Positions 47,649 to 56,985 of a DNA stretch of 64,000 nucleotides are shown piece by piece. The notes beneath the pieces are model-generated. The model was given only the letters and a program-made list of their open reading frames with translations. It had not been told where the DNA came from and made no database searches. The DNA is taken from positions 1 through 64,000 of IMG/VR virus record IMGVR_UViG_3300037141_000279. One strand, 5' to 3'. How positions within the stretch are numbered: the first letter of the stretch is position 1; every line of letters starts with the position of its first letter. The stretch comes from a virus. Both the position numbers and the translations under genes were made by a program.

Positions 47649-47834
47649 CTACACGGTATAGATGGAGCAATCTTCGGGCATCCCATTTTATGCCCGAGCA
47701 CCCGCACCAATTCACTGCCCACTACAATCAGTGTTTCTTCACGAGCGGTCATTTACGGAACCTCCAGATGGTGTACCAGCGATGAACAAACCCCGCGACG
47801 ATCATCACAATAAGATAAGCCACGACCCACTTTT

Positions 47835-48387
47835 TCACCATTTGACACTCGCTTCAGCAAGAAATTTTTCATCATCTGGCGTCAATCTAAATATGGTAGA
47901 GGATTTCACGAGCGGGGCGGGGTGGGATGGTTTAGAAGTAGCCACGTCGTCGTAATTCGCGGACAAGGTAATACCATTCTCCGTCCAACTTGCGCAATCC
48001 ATCGGATGATGGACGGTGTTGTGGGTGTTGACGCGACCAGCAAGACCAAGGAGAGTCTCGCCGTGCAGAAAGATGCCGCAGTGCGTGCAATAGTATCTAT
48101 GGTTTGAGGCTGCCATTATCGCGCTGCTCCGCGCAAACAAAAACGACGTAGGATTTTCGTACTTCACTGCTTTTCAAACATTCAAAACATGTGGTCTCGT
48201 CATGGTCAGAGACTCGGGTCCCCAGTGGATACAAATGGGTCATGATGTGACCTCTCTCGCACTTAAAGGTGAACCTCCATCGCGTCGCTGCCATGGCTCC
48301 ACCTCCTGGTCCCAGAAAAAGTATGTCGGCGTATTTCTTGATTGGCCCCAATTCAATGATGAGCCTTGGCGCGCCGACCTCGCACAA
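47835..48387 (-). other. Two small zinc-binding hypothetical genes (47835-48167, 48097-48387)
   Basis: CTHC..H..HH; CERGH..CFEC. Confidence 0.5.
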
Positions 48388-48396
48388 ATTTGTCCT

Positions 48397-49005
48397 TCAA
48401 TGTTGTTTCAAAAGTCTTATTCTAATTTTCTGTTTTGTCTTTTCAGACACAGCATGCCCCATCAAAGCGGCGCTGATTTTTCGTTTTGTCTCTTCCGAAC
48501 GCTTAGTGCCTGTCAGCCTAACCTTCATTCCCCATCTCGTCGCATCAGAGTGTTTTCGCCCCACGCCAGCCTTGCTAATTTTCTCTCTGGTTTCAGGAGA
48601 CGCTTTCTTTCCTTTTCGGTTATGATTACCTAAAGCGGAAATTCGCATTTTTTCTCGGGCGGCAAGAGTCATCTTTTTTCCTTTATTCCACGGGACGCCC
48701 GTATGCCCTTCGCCACCCCGACAAATGTTGTAACCAACTTCGGGATTCTGGGTATTCAACGATTTAATCAGCAATCGTTCCCAGTAGTCGCAGTCTTCTT
48801 TAGTCTGCAAGTCCGAAAACAGTGGATAAATACTCCACACACCGTGAGGATGAATTCTCATAGATGCGTAAAGATGCGACCGAGTTGAAATCCCTCTCTT
48901 CGCTTCGTACATCTTCTGCTGCAAGTACTGCCGCAGGTTGGTGCCTTTGTGCTGCCCAACATAAATCTTTAGAGTCTCGCTGTTGACAATCACATAGACG
49001 AACAT
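48397..49005 (-). CDS. GIY-YIG homing endonuclease with NUMOD3 repeats
   Basis: FVYVIVNSETLKIYVGQHKG; close paralogue of 40779-41501. Confidence 0.9.
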   Translation of the reverse strand: MFVYVIVNSETLKIYVGQHKGTNLRQYLQQKMYEAKRGISTRSHLYASMRIHPHGVWSIYPLFSDLQTKEDCDYWERLLIKSLNTQNPEVGYNICRGGEGHTGVPWNKGKKMTLAAREKMRISALGNHNRKGKKASPETREKISKAGVGRKHSDATRWGMKVRLTGTKRSEETKRKISAALMGHAVSEKTKQKIRIRLLKQH

Positions 49006-49018
49006 GATTTATTCTCCC

Positions 49019-49037
49019 ACTTATGGAGAGAAAAGTC
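49019..49037 (-). promoter_or_regulatory. Putative late promoter GACT-N8-CATAAGT
   Basis: GACTTTTCTCTCCATAAGT followed by GGGAG. Confidence 0.65.
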
Positions 49038-49050
49038 AACTTTTAAGTCA

Positions 49051-49533
49051 CTACGAATTTATTCGGTTCAACCACCCTTTCAAAAACTCTCGATTGGTAG
49101 GAGTCGCGTTTGCAATATTCAATGCGTGGGCTCGCAAATGAGTTCGATACTGTTCAAGAAAATTTGCCGACGTTCCATCCATTGCGTTCGTCGCCAGCAA
49201 CGACTGTGCGTCAAATACCTTCGTCCAGAAAGAAGGCGCAAAATTCAACGCGCGCTGCAAAAGGTATGCCGCCTCCCCAATCCCGAAGAGAACTCCCATA
49301 TCGAAAAGTTTGGTCGCCACGGCTTGCGAAGCGATTTGCGCGTACAAGGGTTTCCAGTAATGTTCGCGATAATAATTCGTCGCCTCAATGACAGACAACA
49401 TGGCGATGTCCGCCCCGGGCATGTCCGCATGCGTGATCCCGTATTTGGTCTCTCCGCCTGAGTCATTTGGGTTGTTGACGTATCCTCCCTCGTACTGCAG
49501 GGTGATTGCAACCGCTAGGTTAAAATCTGCCAT
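49051..49533 (-). CDS. Endolysin, glycoside hydrolase family 108
   Basis: EGGYVNNPNDSGGETKYGIT ... FLKGWLNRI. Confidence 0.92.
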   Translation of the reverse strand: MADFNLAVAITLQYEGGYVNNPNDSGGETKYGITHADMPGADIAMLSVIEATNYYREHYWKPLYAQIASQAVATKLFDMGVLFGIGEAAYLLQRALNFAPSFWTKVFDAQSLLATNAMDGTSANFLEQYRTHLRAHALNIANATPTNREFLKGWLNRINS

Positions 49534-49551
49534 TTCAATTCTCCCAAACTA

Positions 49552-49581
49552 ATAGTACCAAAGTACCAGTTGCGCTGTCAA
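49552..49581 (-). promoter_or_regulatory. Sigma70 promoter of the endolysin with a GTAC-N4-GTAC box overlapping -10
   Basis: TTGACA-18-TACTAT; box GTACCAAAGTAC at 49555-49566. Confidence 0.7.
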
Positions 49582-49604
49582 GACTTTTCTGATATTCTTT
49601 CTGC

Positions 49605-51112
49605 ATGTCCGAATCTTCATACAAAGAAGCCGCCGAAAAAGGATGGACTCAGCCGCATGTTTGCGAAATCTGCGGCGCGGAATGGGAGTGCATGTACTCA
49701 TTCTGCTGGGAGCCGTTCACCACAACCTGCGCTGCGTGCAAGTGCGGCCCCCTAGTCTGCGGCTTCAAAGAACCGTTCAGTCTTACTTGAGCCTGTTCTT
49801 TTTTCGGTACTCCCGCACCGTAGCCACATAATGGTCCGCACATCTCTTAGTCGGAAAATGCGCGACGTAGTCCACCATCTGCGCGCACCATTCTTCCCCA
49901 TGATACGCAGTGATGTCTTCCCAAATCTCATACAGTGCGTGCGGCATTAAGACCCTCCAGTCGGACAGTGATAACCAGATTGCCGCCCATGCGCTCGACC
50001 GAATAGTAGTTGGCGAGGTTGAGTGCAACCGTGCCCATCTTTGCACGCAGGTCTTTCTCGAATTGATTCACTGCGTCGGTGATAACTCTCTCTTTCAAGT
50101 TCGTCACATGTTTGGCGATATCAGCGTGAAAATCCCGCATTAGACGATCTTCAAACGTGCCTTGGGGCACTGCGACTACTGGTATCATCGGCTGTTCCAA
50201 TTCTCGCGCACAAACGACACCACCCAGACTGCGACGCCAACCATCAGAATTGAGAACCCGATCTTCATAATCAAATCACCAGTCGTTTCCATATTTCCTC
50301 CCGTCGATTATTCCTGAGACGACATTTCCTGTTCCATTGCTGCCGTTCGACCTTGATTGCGAGCATGTTGAACCATCGTCTTCCCTGCTTCGGCATCCAC
50401 ACCATGCATCGCACGATATCCTGCGAACGTGAACACAAAGCGCGCCGTGCGCCCTTGGGGAGCCAGTTCAACGTATTTGAATTCCCACCAGGGATAAAGT
50501 TCATCCAGGCGCGTGGCCGTCTGCATTAGGATATCATCGATGCCGTCGGGGTTGAACCCCTGCTTTGGTCCCGCGTGCTGAACGAAAGTTTTCGTTGGAA
50601 AGATCGCATCGGGATACACGATCTTGACCGTCACCTTGCGGAACAATCGGTTCCCAGCTTTATCTTTCATCATTGAAAACATCCTCCACTGTTTGGATGA
50701 TGATGGTCTCATCCTGTATCTGGGCGATCTGTTCAAACGTCACTTCACCTGATGGGTACCGCTGGCAGAACACACAATCTTCTGCCCGAGCCTTGCCGTG
50801 CTGGCATGGGTCGCACTCGCAGTGATCGCACATACACGCGTCGCAGGTGATGCAGACGCCTACAATGTGTCGGCAGAAATCGCAGTCAGGGTCTCTCATG
50901 TTAAACCTTTTCGGCCAGAGCAGCACCCAACTTCACTTGCAGGGCGTCATACTGCGCCAACAGAAAACGCTGGTCGCCTGGGGTGACGGCGAGGTTCGCG
51001 CCGAGGTTCCCACGGATCGCCTTGAAAATTTCTTCCAGCGTGCGTGTCTCTTTTACTACACGCTGGCTGTTCTTGACCGCGCGGGCTGCCTGTTCGCTAA
51101 CTGAGTGAGCCA
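49605..51112. other. Small hypothetical genes (49605-49790 +; 49783-49946, 49928-50200, 50308-50673, 50660-50898, 50901-51112 -), several Cys-rich
   Basis: Coupled ORFs; 50660-50898 contains CDFC..CITCDACMCDHCECDPC..CVFC. Confidence 0.5.
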
Positions 51113-51233
51113 TATATTCTCCTAGCAGATTGAATTTTAAGGAAGCGACGGATTGTCTGCTCACAACCCGTCGCCATATCGCTGTCAGATTGCATCTTGC
51201 CAGAATCTCAACCCAATGTCAAGTCTTTTCTTT

Positions 51234-51658
51234 GGGAATTATATAGTTGACTACCTTGATCCAACGTTCCGCAACGCAACCAAGGATATTTCTCTAAGGG
51301 ACTCCCCTGCATTGTGTTCGCAAAAATTGTGGCGACTCACAATCCATTCGGCCCACTCTTCTACAGAGGGGTTTCCAACCAAAGTCTTCCGTAACTCATC
51401 GGTCGGCATTCCATCAATCAGATAACGAACCATTTCTTCGGCTTGCGTAGCGTCGAACAAATTAGTCCCTACGGGTTCGTGCTTCATCGGATAAGCCGTA
51501 TGCTCGTTGAAGTTTGGTTTGAAGCTAATTCCTGCATCGGGGTTGAAGTTTTCAGGTAGCCTCCATTCAAGGAAACGATCTACCATGTACTTAATTTGTT
51601 CATCGTTCATCTGGCATATCTCCTTTATTTTCATGTGGGAGTTATCTATATAATTCCC
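51234..51658. mobile_element. Non-autonomous insertion cassette (MIC-like, IS1595 family ISNwi-type ends), copy 1
   Basis: 22-bp imperfect TIRs GGGAATTATATAGTTGACTACC / GGGAGTTATCTATATAATTCCC; 8-bp direct repeat TTTTCTTT on both flanks; no transposase. Confidence 0.85.
51251..51610 (-). CDS. Passenger gene of cassette 1 (hypothetical)
   Basis: MNDEQIKYMVDRFLEWRLPENFNPD...; fills the cassette, stop lies in the TIR. Confidence 0.7.
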   Translation of the reverse strand: MNDEQIKYMVDRFLEWRLPENFNPDAGISFKPNFNEHTAYPMKHEPVGTNLFDATQAEEMVRYLIDGMPTDELRKTLVGNPSVEEWAEWIVSRHNFCEHNAGESLREISLVALRNVGSR

Positions 51659-51665
51659 TTTTCTT

Positions 51666-52001
51666 TTATGGTGTTGGAATAATCGCAGAGACTTCATTCG
51701 AAAATGCAGACTCTGCCGTGCTGTTTACGGCAGTCACTACGTAGAAGTAAGTCACCCCTGCGATATCATTTTTGTCTGCAAATGAAGTCGCAGTCGATGA
51801 GCCGATCTTGGTGTATGGGCCGCCGTGGGTTCCCGAAACATACACGTTGTAGGAGGTGGCACCTGTCGATGCAGTCCAGGTAAGCGTGACCACATGACCC
51901 ACCACCACCACATAGGTTTTTGATGCTTTATCCTGTGCCCTCGCGCCGACAGCCGAAGCCATCAGCGCGAGAGCCAGGACGAATGTGCGAAGCCACTTCA
52001 C
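51666..52001 (-). CDS. Secreted fibronectin type III domain protein
   Basis: Signal peptide; VTLTWTAS.GATSYNVY...YFYVVTAVN...ES.FSNEV. Confidence 0.85.
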   Translation of the reverse strand: MKWLRTFVLALALMASAVGARAQDKASKTYVVVVGHVVTLTWTASTGATSYNVYVSGTHGGPYTKIGSSTATSFADKNDIAGVTYFYVVTAVNSTAESAFSNEVSAIIPTP

Positions 52002-52666
52002 GAACGATTGCCTCTCACGAAGAGAGAAGCAACTTCAATTCGTGCCTTGATTTCCATCTTGACGATGTTTGTCGCAGAATCAGTGACTGTAATCGTAAAC
52101 GTGAACGACCCCGCCGCCGCTGGTGTACCAGAGATCACACCTGTGGAAGACAACGTGAGGCCTGTCGGCAACGATCCGGTAGTGACTGCGAACGTATATG
52201 GAGTCACACCGCCTGTGGCAACAAGGCTTGTCGTGTAGTTCACGCCAATATTAGCCGCGGGCAGAGATGAAGTTGAAACGGAAAGCGTTGGAATCACAGT
52301 CACAGTGTACGCCTGTGAAGCAGCGACCGTAGGCGTTTCTGCGTCTGCAACGTGAATTGTGAATGTGCCGGAACCTGCAGTCGTCGGTGTACCTGAAATC
52401 ACACCAGTGCTTGCCGCAAGCGTGAGTCCCGCAGGAAGGGTGCCTGCCGCCACAGAAAACGTATAAGGTGCAAGTCCACCAGCGGCGCTGACTGTAGTTT
52501 GATAAACAAGACCAACCATCCCACCAGGAATACTTGTCGGTGTGATTACCACCGCACCTGCGTTGACGGTCAGCGTGAGTGATTTGGTTGCTTTATCCTG
52601 AGCCCGAGACAGCCCAGGAAGAAACAACATGAACACCAATGCAAAAAGAATCTTACGAATTCTCAT
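51998..52666 (-). CDS. Secreted protein with two putative Ig (He_PIG) domains
   Basis: Signal peptide; GG.xPYTF.V..G.LP.GLTL...TGVISGTP x2. Confidence 0.88.
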   Translation of the reverse strand: MRIRKILFALVFMLFLPGLSRAQDKATKSLTLTVNAGAVVITPTSIPGGMVGLVYQTTVSAAGGLAPYTFSVAAGTLPAGLTLAASTGVISGTPTTAGSGTFTIHVADAETPTVAASQAYTVTVIPTLSVSTSSLPAANIGVNYTTSLVATGGVTPYTFAVTTGSLPTGLTLSSTGVISGTPAAAGSFTFTITVTDSATNIVKMEIKARIEVASLFVRGNRS

Positions 52667-53000
52667 CTGTCTTTCCTCCTATTTGAATGTCAGCCGAGGA
52701 CGCAGCCGAGTCGATTACTTGAATTGTAAAACTAAACGAGCCCGAACTACTTGGAATGCCTGAGACCACACCAGAAGAACTCAAGGTGAGACCAGCCGGA
52801 AGACCTCCAATCACAACACTCCATATGTATGGTGCCGTCCCTCCAGTCGCCGTGAATTGTTGAGCGTACACCTCTCCAACTGTTGCGGCTGGAAGATTAA
52901 CAGTGATCGTCAACACTGGCGGGGGTGGCGCAGGCGTTGGTGACGTACACCCCGCCAGCATCACCACAAACAACAGAGCCAACAGATAAACAAATCGCAT
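52653..53000 (-). CDS. Lipoprotein with a putative Ig (He_PIG) domain
   Basis: LAGC lipobox; GGTAPY.W....GLPAGLTLSSSGVVSGIP; promoter TTGACA-17-TAGAGT at 53021-53049. Confidence 0.85.
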   Translation of the reverse strand: MRFVYLLALLFVVMLAGCTSPTPAPPPPVLTITVNLPAATVGEVYAQQFTATGGTAPYIWSVVIGGLPAGLTLSSSGVVSGIPSSSGSFSFTIQVIDSAASSADIQIGGKTDENS

Positions 53001-53060
53001 TGATATCTCCCTCGCCCAACACTCTAATCTGCGTTCAACTCAATGTCAAGGATTTTTTTT

Positions 53061-53525
53061 GGGAATTATATAGTTAACTCCCTCGCTCTTAGGCCAGCGT
53101 GAAGTCAACATAGTATTCTTTGCCTTGCTCGAATTGAGCTAAAGCTGCGTCGTTGAGTACATTTAAGTTGAGGTTTCCGCCCGGAGTAGATGCGAAGAAT
53201 TTCTTATTCTCCTCGCTGCCGGAGTAAACCGGATACAAGTACACTGTTTTGTTCTTTTCATCCTTGAAACTGCATACCATTTTTGCTCGAACTGACATTT
53301 GGTGCTCCTTTTGCAAGGCCATTCGTGCGGCCTCGACAAGCTTAACGAGCGCATCAGAACGCTCCCTAATCTCTTCTGCTGTGGGATCATCATGGCGAGG
53401 CCCGAGACGAATATGCTCGATGCAATCACAACGCCTGTCTATAACCTGACCGTCGCCAACCCATTTATTTTCATCATTGAGGACTTTCATCGCTTCTCCT
53501 TAAGGGAGTTAACTATATAATTCCC
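53061..53525. mobile_element. Non-autonomous insertion cassette (MIC-like, IS1595 family ISNwi-type ends), copy 2
   Basis: Perfect 22-bp TIRs GGGAATTATATAGTTAACTCCC; 8-bp T8 direct repeat on both flanks; different passenger from copy 1. Confidence 0.88.
53089..53490 (-). CDS. Passenger gene(s) of cassette 2 (hypothetical; C-terminal MSVRAK... module)
   Basis: 133 aa ORF filling the cassette; AAGGAG SD just inside the TIR. Confidence 0.65.
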   Translation of the reverse strand: MKVLNDENKWVGDGQVIDRRCDCIEHIRLGPRHDDPTAEEIRERSDALVKLVEAARMALQKEHQMSVRAKMVCSFKDEKNKTVYLYPVYSGSEENKKFFASTPGGNLNLNVLNDAALAQFEQGKEYYVDFTLA

Positions 53526-53943
53526 TTTTTTTTTCATATTTCTCAAACCAGAACACTATCGGAATTTTTACCTCAACAACCAAACCAAATCTCTCTGCGT
53601 GCCGAAAAGCAGAATAGTTTCGCCGACATACGTCTACCCGCCTCTGCATCTGCTGTCGCCATGATTCAAGCGGAGATGCATGTTTGTCTATATTGCACGC
53701 TCGACAAGATGGAAAGAGATTGTCTAACCTATCGTTCTCTGGTCGCTCGAAGCCCGCCACCGAGCCAGGATGTCTCAAAAGCCATTCCGCAGTCTTCCAC
53801 CACTCCCGATGGACAGGATCAACATGGTCTGCGTGCCACCCTTTTTCGGGAAGTTCACAACCACAATATGCACACTTCCCTCCAAACTTCAAACGTAAAA
53901 CAGAGCGTTGTGTTTTATTTAATGTCATTTCTTTTTTGACCAA
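53509..53943 (-). CDS. HNH endonuclease
   Basis: KFGGKCAYCG...WHADHVDP...NLFPSCRACNIDK; stop lies inside the cassette TIR. Confidence 0.9.
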   Translation of the reverse strand: MVKKEMTLNKTQRSVLRLKFGGKCAYCGCELPEKGWHADHVDPVHREWWKTAEWLLRHPGSVAGFERPENDRLDNLFPSCRACNIDKHASPLESWRQQMQRRVDVCRRNYSAFRHAERFGLVVEVKIPIVFWFEKYEKKRELYS

Positions 53944-54269
53944 TGTGGCGTGCGGTCACTGTGCGCATCCTGGTGGCACTTCGGGCAGATGAAGACCGAA
54001 TTATCCAGCGAGATTTCGCCACCCTTGCCGCGGTGCTTCTGTTCGTGCATGTGTCCTGACTTTTCAGTCACTGGCGTGGCGCACAACTCACATTCACCTT
54101 TACATCGGAGCCAAAGTTGATGCCTTATATCTGCGACGACAGGCGCATAAAACGCTTGGGTGATATCCTTGCCTGATGCTTGTGCGAATGCCTGTGCTGA
54201 TTTTCGATTTTTGAAAATACGAATCGCATGCTCTGTTTTGTTTATCTCTATCCAAACAAGTTTTCTCAT
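53925..54269 (-). CDS. HNH endonuclease
   Basis: CELC...HMHEQKHRGKGG...NSVFICPKCH. Confidence 0.8.
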   Translation of the reverse strand: MRKLVWIEINKTEHAIRIFKNRKSAQAFAQASGKDITQAFYAPVVADIRHQLWLRCKGECELCATPVTEKSGHMHEQKHRGKGGEISLDNSVFICPKCHQDAHSDRTPHWSKKK

Positions 54270-54715
54270 TTATATTTCTCCAAATAATCGGCGCAGGCAC
54301 GCAAACGCTCCACTGATTCTTTGGCGTTTCCAATGGTAAAATTGCACGGATGGCATAAAATTCCACGAATCTGCTTCGTGGTGTGGTTGTGGTCCACACA
54401 CCAAGGGTTAATCATTTTGCGTTTTTTAGGATAATACCCAACTTTAGAACTTCTGCATGATGCGCACTTACGCCCCTGCTTTTCAAACTTGATTGCTTTT
54501 TCTTCTGCTGTGATGCCGTAGGTTCTTTTTACTCTGGACCTGCTTGCAGTTAACGCGTGCTGTTTCTTATGACTTCGTCCCCACAATTTAGAACGAAGCC
54601 GACCGCAAGAAAGACAGTACGAATCAACTTTTCCTTTTCGTGTGATTTGACGAGGCTTCCGATGACATCTGCAACAGAGGCCTTTCGGCTTTACCCATGT
54701 CTTATTCTTCTGCAC
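54266..54715 (-). CDS. Endonuclease VII-like HNH nuclease
   Basis: YGIT...QGRKCASC...CVDHNH..KQIRGILCHPCN..IG. Confidence 0.88.
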   Translation of the reverse strand: MQKNKTWVKPKGLCCRCHRKPRQITRKGKVDSYCLSCGRLRSKLWGRSHKKQHALTASRSRVKRTYGITAEEKAIKFEKQGRKCASCRSSKVGYYPKKRKMINPWCVDHNHTTKQIRGILCHPCNFTIGNAKESVERLRACADYLEKYK

Positions 54716-55328
54716 TATGCGCCCCCAAAAACTCCATAGCCCATTTTAGCACAACATCCTTCCTTTGCATAGACGCAGAAATAGTTTTTTTCGTCGCGGG
54801 CTCGCAGTGTTCAGCCGCTTTGATTGCATCTTCAATCGTCGCGCGGTCTTCAGGCGAGACGTAGAAAGAAAAATCTAAGTCCATCCAATCCCCCGACTCT
54901 TCAGGCATTTTGAGGGTAGTAGCTATCAGTTTGTGAAGGTCTTTAACTGTGATTTTTGAGTCAAGAGCCGCCTCAAATAGCGTTTGAGGTAAAACGATGG
55001 CATAGTCCTTGGCTTGCCTCAACTTCATCGCCTTTGATATACCCATAACCTCTAATTGGGCGAGAGTAAACGTGTCACTTAAATCCCTAACTGTCAAGAA
55101 GTACCGATGAAGGACTGCCGCTGATTTCTTCGACACCATCGCAACCTCCCGCAGATAGTCGCGAAAGGTATCATGGTTGATTCGCCAATATTGCATCTCG
55201 GAAACCTCAAGCAGCAACCACCCCAAAGTTGCGTACCCACGCTCGCACTCATCTTCAGCTTCTGAGAGACCACACGCTTGGTTATTCACACGACCCAAGA
55301 CGTACTCACCTGTTCTTGGTTCTTCCAT
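54702..55328 (-). CDS. Hypothetical protein
   Basis: From MEEPRTG; LGWLL...YW...TFRDYL pattern. Confidence 0.65.
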   Translation of the reverse strand: MEEPRTGEYVLGRVNNQACGLSEAEDECERGYATLGWLLLEVSEMQYWRINHDTFRDYLREVAMVSKKSAAVLHRYFLTVRDLSDTFTLAQLEVMGISKAMKLRQAKDYAIVLPQTLFEAALDSKITVKDLHKLIATTLKMPEESGDWMDLDFSFYVSPEDRATIEDAIKAAEHCEPATKKTISASMQRKDVVLKWAMEFLGAHSAEE

Positions 55329-55329
55329 A

Positions 55330-56985
55330 TTAGGCTCCACACTCCCCACCTTTTGAAAGTTCACAGGCGTTACCTGCCTCTTCAAATACCTCACCCACAT
55401 GTTTCAACGCTTCTGACAGCGGAGCGGCGTTCAGCGGCTGCCCGTCCCGAGCCCCGTCTGGGTACACAGTGATGCCGCGCATCTTCGGAAGATATTTCAA
55501 AAGCATCTTACCGAACGACTGCACGGTGTTTTCGTTGTTCAGCTTAGAACCCCAAGCGGGCAGATTTATTGTGCTGGATATTGAATGATCAACATATTGC
55601 TGAACCCACGCCTGAAATGCTGTGCGGCGTTCCACATCTTCAGCTAAGGAATAGGCATCTTCAATCAAGTCCAGGGACACACCAGAGTCTAGCAGTCGTT
55701 TCGCAGTCGGGTCAACCACAAACTGATATTGCCAATTTGACCCCTTCAGATATCGCCGTTTGTATGCGGCGCAGAAAATCGGTTCAATTCCAGTTGTGGT
55801 TTCCGCGATGATGCCGATAGTCCCGACAGGAGCAATCGCGCGGGTCTTGACGGGTTGAGACAAATCCCATTTGTCCGCGTACGGTTTCACCAGCACGCCC
55901 GACTGCGCGTAGACCTGCAGATATTTCTCCAACTCTTCGTCTGCGCCGTACCTCTTACCGTGTACCAGCAACCATTCGTGAATCCCCATCAGGCCGAGAC
56001 CCAGGCGGCGGTTCTTGCTGCGGACTTGGTCAACTTTCGGAAATGGGACATTTGAATAAACCGTACCTGCGAGCAGGAATGCCGCACCCAGTTCGGTCAC
56101 TTCTTGCATTTCACCCAACGATTCAATACGGGCTAGATTGATGGAGCCCAAGTTACACACGTCGTTGTCATCCGCCGATGTGACTTCCGTGCATGCGTTG
56201 CGGAGTGTTTCCTTGGAGTTCTTGCCGCAGTCAATTGAAAACCCAGGCTCCCCTGTCTGCAGCATGTGTCGTAAGGCGGACCAATACACCATCTGAGCCA
56301 GAGAGTGTTTTGTGTGTTTCTCGTCGAAATATGCTTCAAAAAATTCATCATTGATTTGAACGCTGATGTTCGTCCCGTCCATCGTCGCTGGGAAGTTGTA
56401 ATCTTTCGCTTTCAACGCGCGAACTTCAGGGCTCCAGTTTTTGAGTGTGATGAATTTCATGATGTCGGGATGATCCCAACGAAGCCCCGCCCAAATAGCA
56501 GAGCGGCGGCTACCACCTTGCATGATGTATCGCCCTGCCTCGTTGACCATCTGCATCAGAGCGAGAGGTCCTGTGGAGAATCCACCTGTTTTCCGAATCA
56601 ACCGACCTTCGGCGCGTACCTCACTATAGTCGCTGCCTATTCCACCGCCCGTCATCAAACTGAGTGTAGCCTTCTGCATCAGTTCAGACCAACCCTCGCG
56701 AGAGTCTTCCGCGCGGAACAGGAAGCAATTATTCACTTGGTGGTACAACCGACCTGTCGCCGCCAGATATCGTCCGCCAGGGATAAACTTTCGCCGAGCA
56801 ATCAATTGCTGCAATCTCTCGGTGGTTCCTTTTCCAGCATGGACGGCGCGCATCACATGCTTCGGAACACGGTATGCAATGTTATGCCACTGTTCAGGCA
56901 TTCCATTTTCTAACGTATGGCTGTACTTCTGCAGCATGATAGTCTCTGCAAACTTACTCAATTCAACCTTCGGTAGTTCAATCAT
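55330..56985 (-). CDS. nrdJ: Ribonucleotide reductase, class II (adenosylcobalamin-dependent), compact phage type
   Basis: PGGRYL, NNC, GGGIG, GGSRRSA, NACTE, CNLGSIN, RRLGLG, IAPVGT, GIEP, SISSTIN; no beta subunit gene nearby. Confidence 0.9.
   Translation of the reverse strand: MIELPKVELSKFAETIMLQKYSHTLENGMPEQWHNIAYRVPKHVMRAVHAGKGTTERLQQLIARRKFIPGGRYLAATGRLYHQVNNCFLFRAEDSREGWSELMQKATLSLMTGGGIGSDYSEVRAEGRLIRKTGGFSTGPLALMQMVNEAGRYIMQGGSRRSAIWAGLRWDHPDIMKFITLKNWSPEVRALKAKDYNFPATMDGTNISVQINDEFFEAYFDEKHTKHSLAQMVYWSALRHMLQTGEPGFSIDCGKNSKETLRNACTEVTSADDNDVCNLGSINLARIESLGEMQEVTELGAAFLLAGTVYSNVPFPKVDQVRSKNRRLGLGLMGIHEWLLVHGKRYGADEELEKYLQVYAQSGVLVKPYADKWDLSQPVKTRAIAPVGTIGIIAETTTGIEPIFCAAYKRRYLKGSNWQYQFVVDPTAKRLLDSGVSLDLIEDAYSLAEDVERRTAFQAWVQQYVDHSISSTINLPAWGSKLNNENTVQSFGKMLLKYLPKMRGITVYPDGARDGQPLNAAPLSEALKHVGEVFEEAGNACELSKGGECGA

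Noticed and set aside
48095-48113. CAAACCATAGAT as another late promoter
   Set aside because: The upstream GACT box is missing (GCAG) and it lies inside coding sequence.
28582-49005. Endonuclease genes as group I intron ORFs
   Set aside because: Flanking genes appear complete with their own starts and stops, gaps are too short for an intron core, and no P7-type motifs were noticed.
51234-53525. Four 22-bp sites as a shufflon driven by the tyrosine recombinase
   Set aside because: Each pair has its own matching 8-bp flanking duplication and all enclosed genes share one orientation, which fits transposition better; not fully excluded.
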